Assembly: GCA_028534125.1 (NCBI GenBank)
Contig: CM052817.1
Coordinates: forward strand, 55,864,001-55,928,000
Source: Lama glama
Taxonomy: Eukaryota
Direction of reading: 5' to 3'
Length of the DNA: 64,000 nucleotides
Numbering within the stretch: the first letter of the stretch is position 1; every line of letters starts with the position of its first letter. A program made the translations under genes and the position numbers. Below the pieces are notes generated by a model. The model was not told where the DNA came from and ran no database searches. It was given only the letters and a program-made list of their open reading frames with translations. Positions 26,565 to 39,321 of the stretch are shown here, piece after piece.

Positions 26565-26793
26565 TTAGGTCCTGTATGTCTACTGGGCATGATGATCTAA
26601 TTTCTGTGAACCTCAGGCCCTACCAAGTCAAATACAGTCTTTGGGGTAAAGGATAGATCTGAGGGGGTCAAAGATGAGAGAAGATTTATACTCCCAGTTC
26701 CCAAAGAAGAATCCAGGTTGTTAACAAGGATCTAGAGAGTTCTGTCACTGAATGCGTGGGGAGCAGTACAGAATGAATGCGTCCTCAAGAGTG

Positions 26794-26982
26794 CAGTGGT
26801 TCTCAACTGGGTGTGACTCCCAATGGCTTGAGACTTTCTAATTGTAAAGATCTCTGTGTAGGGGGAGTGGGTGGAGTCCAGTGGATCCAGGCCAGGGATA
26901 ATGCTAATCTTCCTACTGTGCACAGGACCACAAGGAGCTATCTAGCCCAGAGTGCCAAGGGTGCCAAAGTTGAGAAATCTTG
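26794..26982 (+). mobile_element. MER20 (hAT-Charlie MITE)
   Basis: CAGTGGTTCTCAACTGG ... GGCCAGGGATAATGCTAA...TGCACAGGAC...GGTGCCAAAGTTGAGAAATCTTG terminal inverted repeats. Confidence 0.8.
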
Positions 26983-29169
26983 TCATAGAGCTCATTCCTA
27001 TCCCACTGTGATGTGAACAGCAGTTAGATGTATAACACTGCTGGCAAGATGAACATGAAGTTAATGAGGAGCTTTATACAACTTCACTCTTTCCTTCAGC
27101 TCCCAAGTACATTGGGAGAAATACAGTTTTCCTTTGTATCTAAGAAGGTGAGAAAACACTGAGAAAAAGACAAGCCTGGAAAGACGTGTTTTTGAGCAGG
27201 CGTCCCACTGTATTTCCAACAGCACCTGAGAGTAGAGTGAAGTGCTGCTCAACATTTGACAGCATACAGTTTCCAACAGTAGGATTCTCGGGCTCCCTCC
27301 CCCACTGACTGCTGCAGGGTGTAAGGCCCTCATTTTTAACTGTGGCCTAAAAGAAAAGAAAGTGTCGAGAAAAATTCTTACCTGAACTCAAGCTCTCATG
27401 ACCAACAAAACAAGGGCTAGATCATGAGAATAAGTTCAAGATTAGAAAAACTAAATTAAATTTCTAGCACCTCTGAATTTGTAGAATGAGTATCGAATCC
27501 ACTCCTAAACTATCATCTCTGGAGTTAAAATGGAAGTTATCAGCTGCACTGAGTCACTGATCTGTGCTATATCTTTCACCTTGTTGAAAACGGATGGAGG
27601 GGCACTGATAATTAAACATGAAGATAAAAAATGTTAAATCTCAGGTGTGATTGAGTATGAAAAACACTCTATATGTAAGTATATATAAAATATTAAAATA
27701 AAAATATAGTGTTAGTAATGTTAATTAATGTTATGTAATACTTGATTAAAACTCTACATGATTTTTCTTTATTCCACAAACATTTTCTATACACCTGTCC
27801 TTTGCCACATTATTTATTTGCTACCATGCTATATGTGAAATAAGAAATAAAGACTATGAATGAAATTGCTTTCAACCAACTGGAAGACATTTCTTGTCTG
27901 TTTATATATTTCTAACAGAGGGGATTTGCAGATGTGAATTTCTCTATTAAATGGAGGGCAGAGACTAGTTACGGTTTCCATGTGGAATAAGAAAGAAAAT
28001 AAAGTCAGAAAAGGGTGGCAGACTTTTGAAATAGGGAAGAACCAAAACCAGTAGTTTTAGAAAGAATCTGAGTGAGAGAGTTGGAAGGATAGGAGGCTGT
28101 GGTCTGAGATTTTCCTAGTTCAAATTGGTAGATAAAGCTCTTCTTAGTGACAGAGCTTATCTGTGTGTAGGGACTTCTGACACAGAGTGAAGGGGAAATG
28201 TATCAGAGAAAAGAGACCAAAGAGAGTCAGTTGTTGAAGATGTCTGTGCATTCTACAAACTCACAGTTTACTGTGACTGCATTACATAAAGATCTACGAT
28301 ATAAATTTCTTTTAAAACTTTGTACCACAAAAATTTTTGGTTTTGTTTCAGTTGAATTGCTTTCCTTCTTCCAAAGAAGGAAATACATCATAAAACATGG
28401 TGTTCTTTTTCTCTCCTTTACTACTGTAATCCACAGGAAGGTGCTAGGAAGTAAATGAGCAAGAAAGAAGGGAAGGAAGAGGGAAACGGGGATGGGGAAG
28501 AGAAAGAGACCAGAGAGACAGAGAGATTAGAAATGGGCATCTCCCTTCGAAGGCGCTCATCGCCAGCTTACGTAATAGGTCACGCTACTCCTTCCCTCTG
28601 AGTCTGAGCACAGCTGTGATTTTTTTCTCATGTCAATACTCCAGAAAATCATTACCAATTTACTGAAAGTGACAAGTGAGATAAAATGTATTTTCTCTTC
28701 TTATTGTAGACAGCTCAATTTTCTTTCTTCTTAAGAAATGATCAAACAAAAACTGATGCATAACTAATTATTAGCACATCAGTTCCTGTTTTTCTCTTTA
28801 GAGGTATCAACTCATATGAATTCTTTCACATATTGAAGACATTTATGTCAAACTGCAGCAACAAAACGAGGTCCTATGCTTGAGATACAACAAATAATAT
28901 GATTGTTCCGGTCATGGAGGAACTTAAACCTAGTATAAACAAGACTTGGTGAAAAAGAGAAAGAAGAAATATTAAAAAGGTGAAATTACTAGAGAAGGCA
29001 GAGGAGTAAGGAAAAAAATGGTTACACTTGAGCTGAGGTGGGTTTCTGCGAGTTAGACAATGAAACAATGACAGAGTGGCACGTACAGGGGCCAGGAGAT
29101 GGAAGAGAGCAGGGAACAACTGAGGAACAGCAAGTGAAAAATACCGCAAGACTCAGGAGCTTTCTTCCT

Positions 29170-29250
29170 GCTACCACTTTTCACTGCTGTTTCTCCAAAT
29201 CCTAGAATAGTGCCTGGCACATAGTAGGTGCTCAAAAGTATTTCCTGACT
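29170..29250 (+). mobile_element. L2 3' terminus
   Basis: TTCACTGCTGTTTCTCCAAATCCTAGAATAGTGCCTGGCACATAGTAGGTGCTCAA. Confidence 0.75.
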
Positions 29251-29899
29251 AAAGTATTTTCTCATATTCTTCTCTTCTGAAGTATGTCCAAGGTTGAAGG
29301 GAGACAGAAATATAAGAGATGGCTTTTCTTTGTTCCTGTAGTTTTACTCAATGAATTTAACACTATTTTTAACACTGGGAAATTTCAATAGGTATGAATT
29401 TTAAGTTGTTAGTTATGCATAACTTGCATTACCATTTCATAACATTGTCAAGTGGTTGGAGAAGGAATTTACTTTGCTTGAGGCCTGGCTTAGTTCTGTC
29501 TGTGTATTCTGCTTCAGGGTAGTCAAGCATATATTTTTTTAAGCTATTTCATAGTGTTCTTCAGAATTGAGCAATACCCTAGGGAACTGTCAAAGCATTG
29601 CCTGAGGTGATTTCATATGTTTGTGCTTATAATTGTGAAAATGTAACTGTAGTTGCACAGCATGAATCTGCACCAGGACAGGTCCGCATCATTTTACATA
29701 TGCTGCAACAGCACCCTGCCATCCAGGAGCAAGGGAAGAGGGGATGGGTATGTGAGTCATTGCAGCTGGGTCATTATTACTGGGGGCAAGTGAAAAGTCA
29801 CTTGGGCGGTAGAGGTAATGCTAAGGACTGCATTGAATTAACAAACCAGATAAACACCAAGGAGAACGAAGATGGGGAAAAAATGAAGTCTTAGGGAGT

Positions 29900-30338
29900 T
29901 TATCGGATTGAGCCCTACGTTACCCACCTGCCCTATGTTTAGTGGCAGATGGCCCCCAGCTGAGCGCCTCTGGAAACATAACTCTAGGGCTAAGAGAACC
30001 TAATTGTCAGATCATGCCCTCACCTCCAGGAGAGCCCACATCTAAAGACCGGTGCTAGGAAACTAGGATGGTTCTTGGGGGCAACAATGGAAGTCGTAAG
30101 ACAGTGACAAATTCGCCTCAGGGTCAATATAAAGGGACATCCCAACTCTCCACAGGACTGGCTAAGACCTTTGTGACTGTATCACAGTTCAAGTCCTCCC
30201 TCTGCCCAATCCTATTTCTTTACTTTACACTAAGCATTTAGGCTAAGGGCAATCCCCAACACTACTCCTCCCTACAATAGTCCTGCATGCACATCTCCAT
30301 CTCAAAGTCTGTTTTTCCAAGGAACTTGAACTAATATA
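29900..30338 (+). mobile_element. LTR16-family 5' LTR (ERVL)
   Basis: CACAGTTCAAGTCCTCCCTCTGCCCAATCCT...CCTGCATGCACATCTCCATCTCAAAGTCTGTTTTTCCAAGGAAC is the LTR16 3' signature; followed by TGGTGCCAAG PBS-like sequence at 30341. Confidence 0.75.
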
Positions 30339-32470
30339 TTTGGTGCCAAGAATTATCTGATGAATCAATCTCTAAGAATATTTTCAAGACTGGCTGGCAA
30401 TCAGGACCTCACCACTGGTAGCAGGTGGAGCCCTAGTAACCCCTGGCATGCTGTGTAAGTACGACTGTTATAACATTAACAAATGTGGAAAATGAGTACA
30501 GGACACCAGCAAAATATGTTGTATTGGTGGTTGCAGTATCTCAGGGCTTCAAGAAATGTAGGACATTCTAATTACAAGAACAATGGAATCAGACAGTTAT
30601 GTTGAGTGCCACTGATGCTCTGGAGAAAGAAAATGAAAGACTGAGGGTGATTAATTATCAGTTATAGCTGCTTCAGCAATATTGGCTAAAAGTCAAAGCG
30701 ACTTCTTGGCAATACAGAAGGGATACTTATCTCCTGCAGTCAGAGGAAGATCATAGGAGGAGCAGTGCTCCAGAGAAAGATGATTTCTCCACCCTAACAA
30801 GTCTCCTCTGCCAAGGTCAGGCTGAGAAGTGGGACACTGACACTCAGACTGAGATATGGACATTTGACGTGGTGTTCTTGGAAACCTTGAAACTCCATTA
30901 TCTCCCTGGGCCTACTAAATATGCAGAGGTAGCTCCCTCTCTTTTCTTAAGAAGAGGCCAGCATTCCTCCCTTGCTTGGAGAGGATGCAAAGACTTCAGG
31001 ATCTAACCCCACTTCCTCTCCTGATCACAAGACTGTTAACTATGGTCATATTATGATTTAACAAAACTAGGGAGATGCTGGGCCACTGAGGGAGGAGAGG
31101 ATCTATGTTTCAAAGGAGCTGCAGAACCTAGTCCCCATGTTTTTAAATAAGCTCTAAAAGTATATTATACTAGATTCCAAAGGAGCTATCATAAGGTAGG
31201 TGAAAAATAGGACGCAAAAGGGAAACTTTGTTGATTTGGGAGTATTCTTCTAGTATACAGGATTTAACACCCTGGAAAAGACCTTGGGATGCTAACACTG
31301 CCAAAAGGACTGTTGGAATCTTGGGGAAAGCAATGACCTGTGTTAAGTGCAGAAGATACACTGCTGATTACCTTGACAGTCAGTGGGGAAAGGGGCCAGA
31401 AGTTTTCGAGAGGCAAGCATGTTAGAGCAGCTATACTTTGTGAGACTAGAAAAACTGTCAACTGATAAGGCTCCAGAGAGGAGCCCAGAAGACACCCCAG
31501 TTGGTAAAGTGATAAAACATATGCAGGTGAGAGTCATATTGTGAGTATCTTTGTGAAGCTCAGTGTCAGTTACACTTTTGTAGGTCAGGCTGATGGTAGG
31601 GAAAGCTGTAACCAAACTGAGTTCTCTGAGAACAATGGTGATGTTAGAACCATGATGTAACAGAAGCCAAATAGCAGAGTAAGTGTCAGAAAAAGGTGGG
31701 AATGGTTATCATAATGGGTAGGGAGGAGGGCCCGGCAGCTAGGAGAGCTTGATCTGTAGATAACGGTGAGAATCATAAAGAAAATATTCATCATAGTGGC
31801 AAAAGAGATGAGCAGAAAATAAAGAAATTAGTCAATACATAATATCAAAACAAACAAGGATTAGATGATCAGAAAATTGACACAATGACCCCAGTAAAAA
31901 GTCACAATCCCTGACTTGATCTCTGGATTTGAGACAGTTTTAGATTTGGATTTAGATCGAAAGCCCACTGAAGAAAGAAGATCCCAGATCCTCAGAAGGA
32001 AGGAACCCATATTTTTATAGCAAGTGTACACTGTCTAACATGCCACCAACAGATACAAAAGCTGAAAACTTCGTATGACACTACGCTTCATGTAGACCAA
32101 TAAGCCACGTGGTGGCAAGTAAGTGTTGGAGAATTTCCAACCTGGAAAAGACAGCAATTAATCATAAAAAGGAATGACATATATTTTGAAAGTGGATTTA
32201 TATTTAGCCTTGAGTCTCAGCCAGCATCATAATCCATGTTGGTGTGTGATACACTAACATGGGATCTTACGTAACATCTGACTGAACTAAGGAACATCCC
32301 CACTAAAAGACAAAAAGGTATGGCAAGGGATCCAATGATCCTCGTGCACAACTTACCATTCAGCAGCTGCAGGCATTCTAGTGTGACAGTGTATGGGGTG
32401 ACCTCATTAAGGTGCCACTGATGCTCCAGGTTAGATGATATTCTGCAAAGATGAGAAGCTATCCTCTAAG
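30339..32470 (+). mobile_element. Decayed ERVL internal region (gag and integrase remnants)
   Basis: 30602-30664 reads LSATDALEKENERLRVINYQL (ERVL gag N-terminal type); 32095-32170 reads DQ*ATWWQVSVGEFPTWKRQQL (ERVL integrase WWQVD motif region); about 32354 YHSAAAGIL. Confidence 0.8.
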
Positions 32471-32623
32471 GGAAGAGAGACAGTTACATATTTTATAAAT
32501 ATTTGCATGTATAAGTTATACATATATTTATAAATTAATTATAATATGTATATTATGTGTATAATATCCTATTTAAATACATATATAATATATATTACAT
32601 ATAATATAAATCAATCAGTGATA

Positions 32624-33101
32624 TACAATGGAATAGTACTCAGTCATAAAAAAGAATAAAATAATGACATTTGCAGCAACACGGATGGACGTAGAGATTG
32701 TCATTCTAAGTGAAGTAACCCAGAAAGAAAAAGAAAACCACTATATGATATCACTCATATGTGGAATCTGAAAAAAAGAAAAAGAAAAAAAGAGGACACT
32801 AATGAACTCATCTACAAAACAGAAACAGACTCACAGACATAGTAAACAATTTTCTGGTTACCAAGAGAAAGGGGGTGGGAAGGGATAAATTGGGAGTTTG
32901 AGATTTGCAAATGTTAGCCACTATATATAAAAAAAAGATTCAAAAAAAATCAGAGTTCCTTCTGTATATTCAGTATCTTGTAATAATCTTTCATAAAAAA
33001 ATATGAAAATGAATATATGTATGTATATGCATGACTGGGACACTGCGCTGTACACCAGAACTTGATTCACCGTAACTGACTTTACTTCAATTAAAAAAAC
33101 C
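32624..33101 (+). mobile_element. 5'-truncated lineage-specific L1 3' end
   Basis: ORF2 end (TTTGCAGCAACACGGATGGAC, ATTCTAAGTGAAGTAA) and cetartiodactyl-type 3'UTR (CTACAAAACAGAAACAGACTCACAGACATAG); TSD AATCAATCAGTGATA (32609-32623) / AATCAATCAATGATA (33102-33116). Confidence 0.9.
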
Positions 33102-36100
33102 AATCAATCAATGATAATTACATAATTTTCACTTTATTTTTATGAACTCTTTTAGACATTTAGATCTAGATTTCAAGCAGATATCATTATTGAATATACA
33201 ATAAAAATAAATATATAATTGATTGAGTCATACCTAAAATATATTTTCATCTGAGTTCTGATTCAATGTTTGATGCAGTCATCACTGCTCATGTTTTCTG
33301 ACATAGTATTCTGTTTGATGCTGTCACCACCCTAGCGTTTCTCAAAGGAGTGTCCTTTGCTCTCTCTGGGATTCCCTTATAAGCCACTGAAACTCATGAT
33401 GCAGGTTTTGATGCTGACGCATTTAACATCTGAGGAAAGAGATGTTTAGTGAAAGTAGGTGACATACAAAAGTCCCAACATTTTTAAAAAGTAAGAAAAA
33501 TAATATAAAACATCTATATTGTAGGTCATTAGCAGGAGCACATTTATACCTATAGTTTCTAACATGAGTATTTACAGGGAATCACTTTGCTATTGAGTAG
33601 ATGATAGTGATGGCAAGAGGAAAAGATGAGAAGGCTGGCATTTTCTGGGATTTCTACATTTAAATTAAGTTACAGATCTTTTGTCTGTTTCTTTCCCCTC
33701 ACACTTATCTGTTTGTTATGATTATGGGGAGTTTTAATCCAGCTAAGGACTTGCTTGAGGCATGTTTGGAATCCACAGAAAAATACTGAAGAGGCAGCCC
33801 AGACTGAAAATAGTTCTGTGAAGTCAGTTTAAAACATAGCCAATTATTAGGGTAAAGAAAAGAAAAAGGAGAGATAGTCAACAATGGTTCAATACATGGC
33901 ACCAAGCAGGGGACAAGAGAGAATTCCAAAGGTAGGATTCCTGGACCTGAACAGGGTTACAAAATGAATAAATACATAATTGATAGAGTCATACCTAGAC
34001 ACTGGTCCAGGAAGGAAAACAAGCCAAACAAGAGGCAGAGTAGATGGGGAGGTGCTTCAGGAAAGATAAAGCAGAAACACACCCCCTGGAGCACAGACAG
34101 AAGCAGAGTGTCAGGCAGAACATCCTTCATGGGACTGTTTCTCTGGGCAGCACTCTCAATGCCCACTCTTCCAGGGACATGCTGGCGGCTTCTGACAAGG
34201 GAGATCTATAGCCACTGTAAAACAAACACTATTACTATTAATGCTTAAAGTGTTAACAATATTGCAGCTGAAGCAATAAGCAACCATGGCAACATAACCC
34301 CAGATGCCTGCAGAACTGAGCGTTTTGATGGAGGGGGAATGTCTTCTCAGTTCAGAAGGATTCACACTTTCTTATTTTTTCATTTAATAAATATTGATTG
34401 GACACCTATAATTTGCTACATGATTTCTAGAGGTTGACATTAAGATTAAAAATAAATAAATAAACCTAGACTTTTGTCCAGAGCCATACCTGTGTAGCTT
34501 CAAGGATTCACAGAAAATGGCAACTCTGCACACACACTTTATTACATTCTGTGCATGAATGGTCATTTAACTCTGTAAATTATATAGGGCATTAATCACT
34601 ACCAAATCCCTAGGATGTGTTTTGGAATTGTTTTGCCATGTTGACTGGTGTTCCATGTCAGTAATATTCTTCCTCAGTAGGTTTACAAGTTATTTAAGAG
34701 TCAGGTCTTTAACTCATGATTTTGTCTTTGTCTTTCACTGAGTAAACAGTAGAAATTAAAAATGTATTAACAAGTATTTGATCAAGAGAATATAAAAGCC
34801 AACAGATTTCTACAAAAGTCACATGATGGGATATTCCTAACGATAATCTGAAGAACCAAGGGAGAAAGCATCTGATTATCTGTATGTTTTCTAGTGGTTT
34901 GGTACATAAAGTTCTCACTTTAAATATGTAGACAATTATTATACATGACTCATTTATATGTAACAGTTTCATATGTTCTGCAGCTGATCCATTCATACAG
35001 ATTACACTGTAATTTAATCAAGACTAGAAAACCAGATGTTTTTAAATTTATTTCATTAATAATCCATTTCAAACTGTGGGCTCATATGTACATAATATTT
35101 TCTTATTTTTGTTCTAGTTTTTTTTAATAATTAGACACCTATAATTATTTGATGAATTTTCAAGAGAAGAGAGAAACATCCATCACCATTATTTTTAACC
35201 CGAGTTTCACAAAAGGCCTTCTTCATGTCCTTTGATGTTTTGCTGCCCAACAAGGAAAAAACATGAGGCCAAAGACTGTCTTTAAACTGATGTTTGTAGG
35301 TTTCTTTTCCCAGGAGGGTTTTCGCTAGTATCTTGCTATCAAGGGCTCTGGGCTGAAACCAGATTTTTAGAGGGACAAAAACATACCAGCATTTCTGTTT
35401 TATTTTCTTAGTACTTTAGAGCAATATTCTGCTCTGAAAAGAAGCTCAGGAAAGACGATGTTTGCTCACAATTTAATCTAATATATTTTTAATAATCTAG
35501 AGAGGATGAGATTTAAAGGAAGAGCATGAATGCCTCTAACAGTTTTTATTAGAAGTTTCCTAAGGAGGGCAGAACAAATTAAGGAGAGTAAGAAGACAGG
35601 TTGCACGCATGTGTGCATAATGGGAAGACCTTTGTGTAAAGAGTTTATTATTTCATTTGTATTTCAAAATGCATATCTGCTACAAATGCTCCCTCAGGAG
35701 AATTTATTTGGTTAAAAAAAGATAAAGAGAAAAGGAAAACTGCTCGTAGACATAAAAAAATTATGCTGCATTTAGTTATTTCACTTTTAAGACGTTATTT
35801 TTTTCAATGTTTTCCTGGTGTGTGCTTTGGTACTCTTCTGTGAGAAGCTACAAAATTTTAAAATGGCATAGTCTGTGAGTACTAGGAGACTATCAGGAGA
35901 CTGTGAGTACTAAGTGCAATTCAATTTTACTTTTCAGGAGAGAAGTGTGATTGCCTTTTACTGGTTGACTAATTCAGCATGTTTTTCTTTCTTTTCTTTT
36001 CTTTCCTTTTTTTTTTTTGATCTTCATTTATAATTAAGTTGTTTTGTAGATTATTTTCTTATTTTAAATGGCACAAGGGCTCTGGAATGGATTTTAATAT

Positions 36101-36469
36101 TGTATAGTCTGGAAGATCATCACTTTAGGGATCTGGCATCCTTAAGTAGAAATATATTGATCAGACAACATCTCTTACATAATCATAATGCTCTCAGGAA
36201 AAGGCCTTTCATTTGGCAGGTATGGAGATGAATGAGGAAACATCCCCCCCTGGAGTTCTTTAAATGCTTACCCATGAGGAGAGGTTCAATAACTAAGGGA
36301 GCAGTAAGACTGTATGAGCATGCTAAAAGTTACCTTTATAGAAATGCAATTGATCTAAACAAAATAGCTAAGAGTTTTTCCCTAGCAACTTGCCACTACA
36401 TCTGTTTCATTTCCTAAAACCAGAAAATACTCTGGCTTTTAGAAAGACTTTCCCACTAGGGTGTAGATT

Positions 36470-36915
36470 TCTGGGTGCCTCTATAAAACGGATGTCACAT
36501 TAAAATGAGGACAATTCTAGGCGCATTTAAAAAGGAACTATTTAGGAAAGTGTGGTTGGGTCTAAGGGAACCACAAAAAATGGTACAGTAATCTAGGGCA
36601 GGGAACAATAGAGTGATAGTTCCTAGAAACTGGAAGGAGAGTGCCCTGTAGAGAAAACAGCCTTGAGAAGAGCAGTAACCTTCAGGGGAGAGACACCCCG
36701 GCATCCCTTCAGTGTGGGAACCAGGGCAATAATTAGTCACCCTGAGATCACCTTCCTCTCTCCTTCCATCTCTGCCTGGGCTCACCACTGGCCTACCCTA
36801 ACCTGAAGCCAGAAGGCAGGGTACTTGTTTATGTAACCCTTGTGGGTCATTGTCCCAGGTCAGAGAGCAGAATGGAGAAATGTGGAGAGTAAATATGGAA
36901 AATATCTGGAACACA
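36470..36915 (-). mobile_element. LTR33-like solo LTR (ERVL)
   Basis: AAGGAACTATTTAGGAAAGTGTGGTTGGGTCTAAGGGAACC and CACTGGCCTACCCTAACCTGAAGCCAGAAGGCAGGG resemble antisense LTR33. Confidence 0.6.
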
Positions 36916-39279
36916 TGGTAACAATGTGGGCAAAATGGGACACTTTTTAGCCTTAAATTCCCGCCTAATTAGTCCTTGGCTTGTTTTGGTGGCATCCAGA
37001 CTCCAGGTGAGCTTAACGACTCCTGTTCAGTCAGTACAGTATAATCTTGGGAAAGTACTGAAGTGAAAGAGGAATACTCCTAGGTACCCAGTAGAACATA
37101 TTTCTATTTTCTTAAAAGAGAAATAGAGAATGTGAGAATAATGTGTATAATGCACCATCGTGGACATTACACTGTACATGTAGATGTCACTGTTCAAAAT
37201 CAAATGGCACATCAGGAAAAAACTTGAATTTATAGTCTGAGTATAAATTAAATTCTAGTAGCAAAGTAAAAGTCATATCTTTAAAAATTGTTAAATAGAA
37301 AAAAATGGTATTAAGTTGAATCTAAAAATAAAACTGAGTTTAGCCTTAAATTCCTATTACTTCACATATAAAATCATTGATTTACTTTTATTCTCAATTT
37401 TCTCATATGTACATTAAAATATTTAGTCTTTACTCTAAAATTTGTGTTTCTAAATTATCCTTTGGATAAGTTCTTGTAGAGAAGGGCTTTTGGATTTCTT
37501 CAACAACATTCAACCCTAAATCCCTCTCTCAGATAGACGGGAGGTGTGTATTAGTAAGTTATATTACCTGTCCTGAGACAGTCCCCACTCCTCAGTACAA
37601 GAACCTCCTTTCTCCTTGCCTTCAGAAAATTGTATGAGTAGAGTTCGTACTTTATAGACATCCTTTCATTCACTCTTCCTCAAGGGAGGAGGGCTGAATT
37701 ATTTGATTGGTATGTTTGGGAAAAGCAATAGGGCATATGTAGCTCTGCTCCTCTTTTTTCTCTTTAGTGGGGAAAGGGGTAGCTATTGATAATCCTACCA
37801 ACTTTTAGTTTGGCAATCTTGTCTTCTTTCAGTTGTGTCCTAGGCTTAGCAGGGCTAGATCTATGTGGGAAGCCTGCAGCCTGTGGTGATATTTCAGCTG
37901 AGGGGGTGATAACAGGACACTGGACCAAAATTGGCCAAGTTTTCCCATTTTACTTTATCAGTAATAAAGTTGATATTTTAATCTCTGAAAATTTGATTCT
38001 TCTCTTTCAAGTGTTTCCAAATATCAATGAAATAGAAGGGCCCTATTTACTGGGTCCCTTTAATGTCCAAGTACATTTGGCTCAGAACATGAGCAGACAG
38101 GGGCTGATACTAAGTGCGGCAATGTAGAAGGAGTGACAGGTAGACCTAGAGCAGCCAGAAGTGGCGGCTATAAGATTTAACTGCAGCAAACGTGAGTATT
38201 GGCCTTTCTTGGATGTGTCAGATTAGCACGTTATAGATCATAATAACTTCTCTTTTGCTGTTTTTGCTTGTTTTTATAGCTAAACATTTATTTTTAACTG
38301 ATGTGATCTGGATGACTTTAAAACTCAGTCACATAGAATTGTGACCTTGGAAGTTAACTGTAGCAAAAGGCAAAAAAAAGGCAATTTCTGAGCATGGAGC
38401 CCTAAGCAGCTTACACAGGCAGGCTACAGAACTGGATCTTAGCAAACAAGAGTTAGGCAACACTGTACAAATAATAGATGGACCATGCTAGACCTTAACG
38501 GTGACACGTAGGCCGCCACGCTAGGTAAGTTGTTAGGCCAACTTAGGTCAAAACTTGAACAGAGGAGAACCACTGCATGCACTAGATGAGGAAAATGCTT
38601 GTTTTCCTTTTTTGGTCAGTTTTAATATGTTTAAGTATTTAGATTATGGACCAGGACTTGAAGCTACAGAGACAGGGGTAAGGTAGGCAGACTGAATGGG
38701 CTGCACTATTGTCAAATTCCCAACTCTCATTCCTTGCACCGAGTGATGTCAGGACCTGGTCTCATTAACCACATCAGTTCTGATTACTACTTCATGTATC
38801 AAAGACTCAAGTTGTGGCTGTACACAAAGAGGTGTGATACAGTTTATTAAAAACAAACAAACAAAGATAAATGGGGGCCACGAACTTAGGTGGATATAGA
38901 AAAATAAGCAAATAGAATGAGCACAACTAAAGTTGAAGGAGAAAATTTTAAGGGCCTTTGGCAGAACATTTGGTCTGTAGGCCTTACTTTTAAAATGCTT
39001 TCAAAATACATATGCTTCAAAATTATTACAAGTACAGGTACCCTAGAAGAATTAAAACAAACTGAAGAAATGTAGGCTGACAAAACATGAGGGAAGGAAT
39101 TATTTCTTTAAGATAACATGGAATTAAAATTAAATAAATGAGTAAAGTCTCTGGTTTCTGATTAATTTTAAACTATTAGAAAAGGAGGGATATTATTATT
39201 GCTACTAGAACAGAAAAGGGAAAACAGAATGCAAAGACACCTAATAAAAATATGACTAAGATGTCAGAGGGAACCAAAC

Positions 39280-39321
39280 TATAAACTAAATCCAAAGGGC
39301 TTATAAACTAAATCCAAAGGG
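39280..39321 (+). repeat. Tandem duplication, 22-bp period
   Basis: TATAAACTAAATCCAAAGGG at 39280-39299 and 39302-39321, identical. Confidence 0.9.

Noticed and set aside
26417..26656. Lys/Arg-rich ORF resembling a basic nuclear protein
   Set aside because: It is the translation of the polypurine tract.
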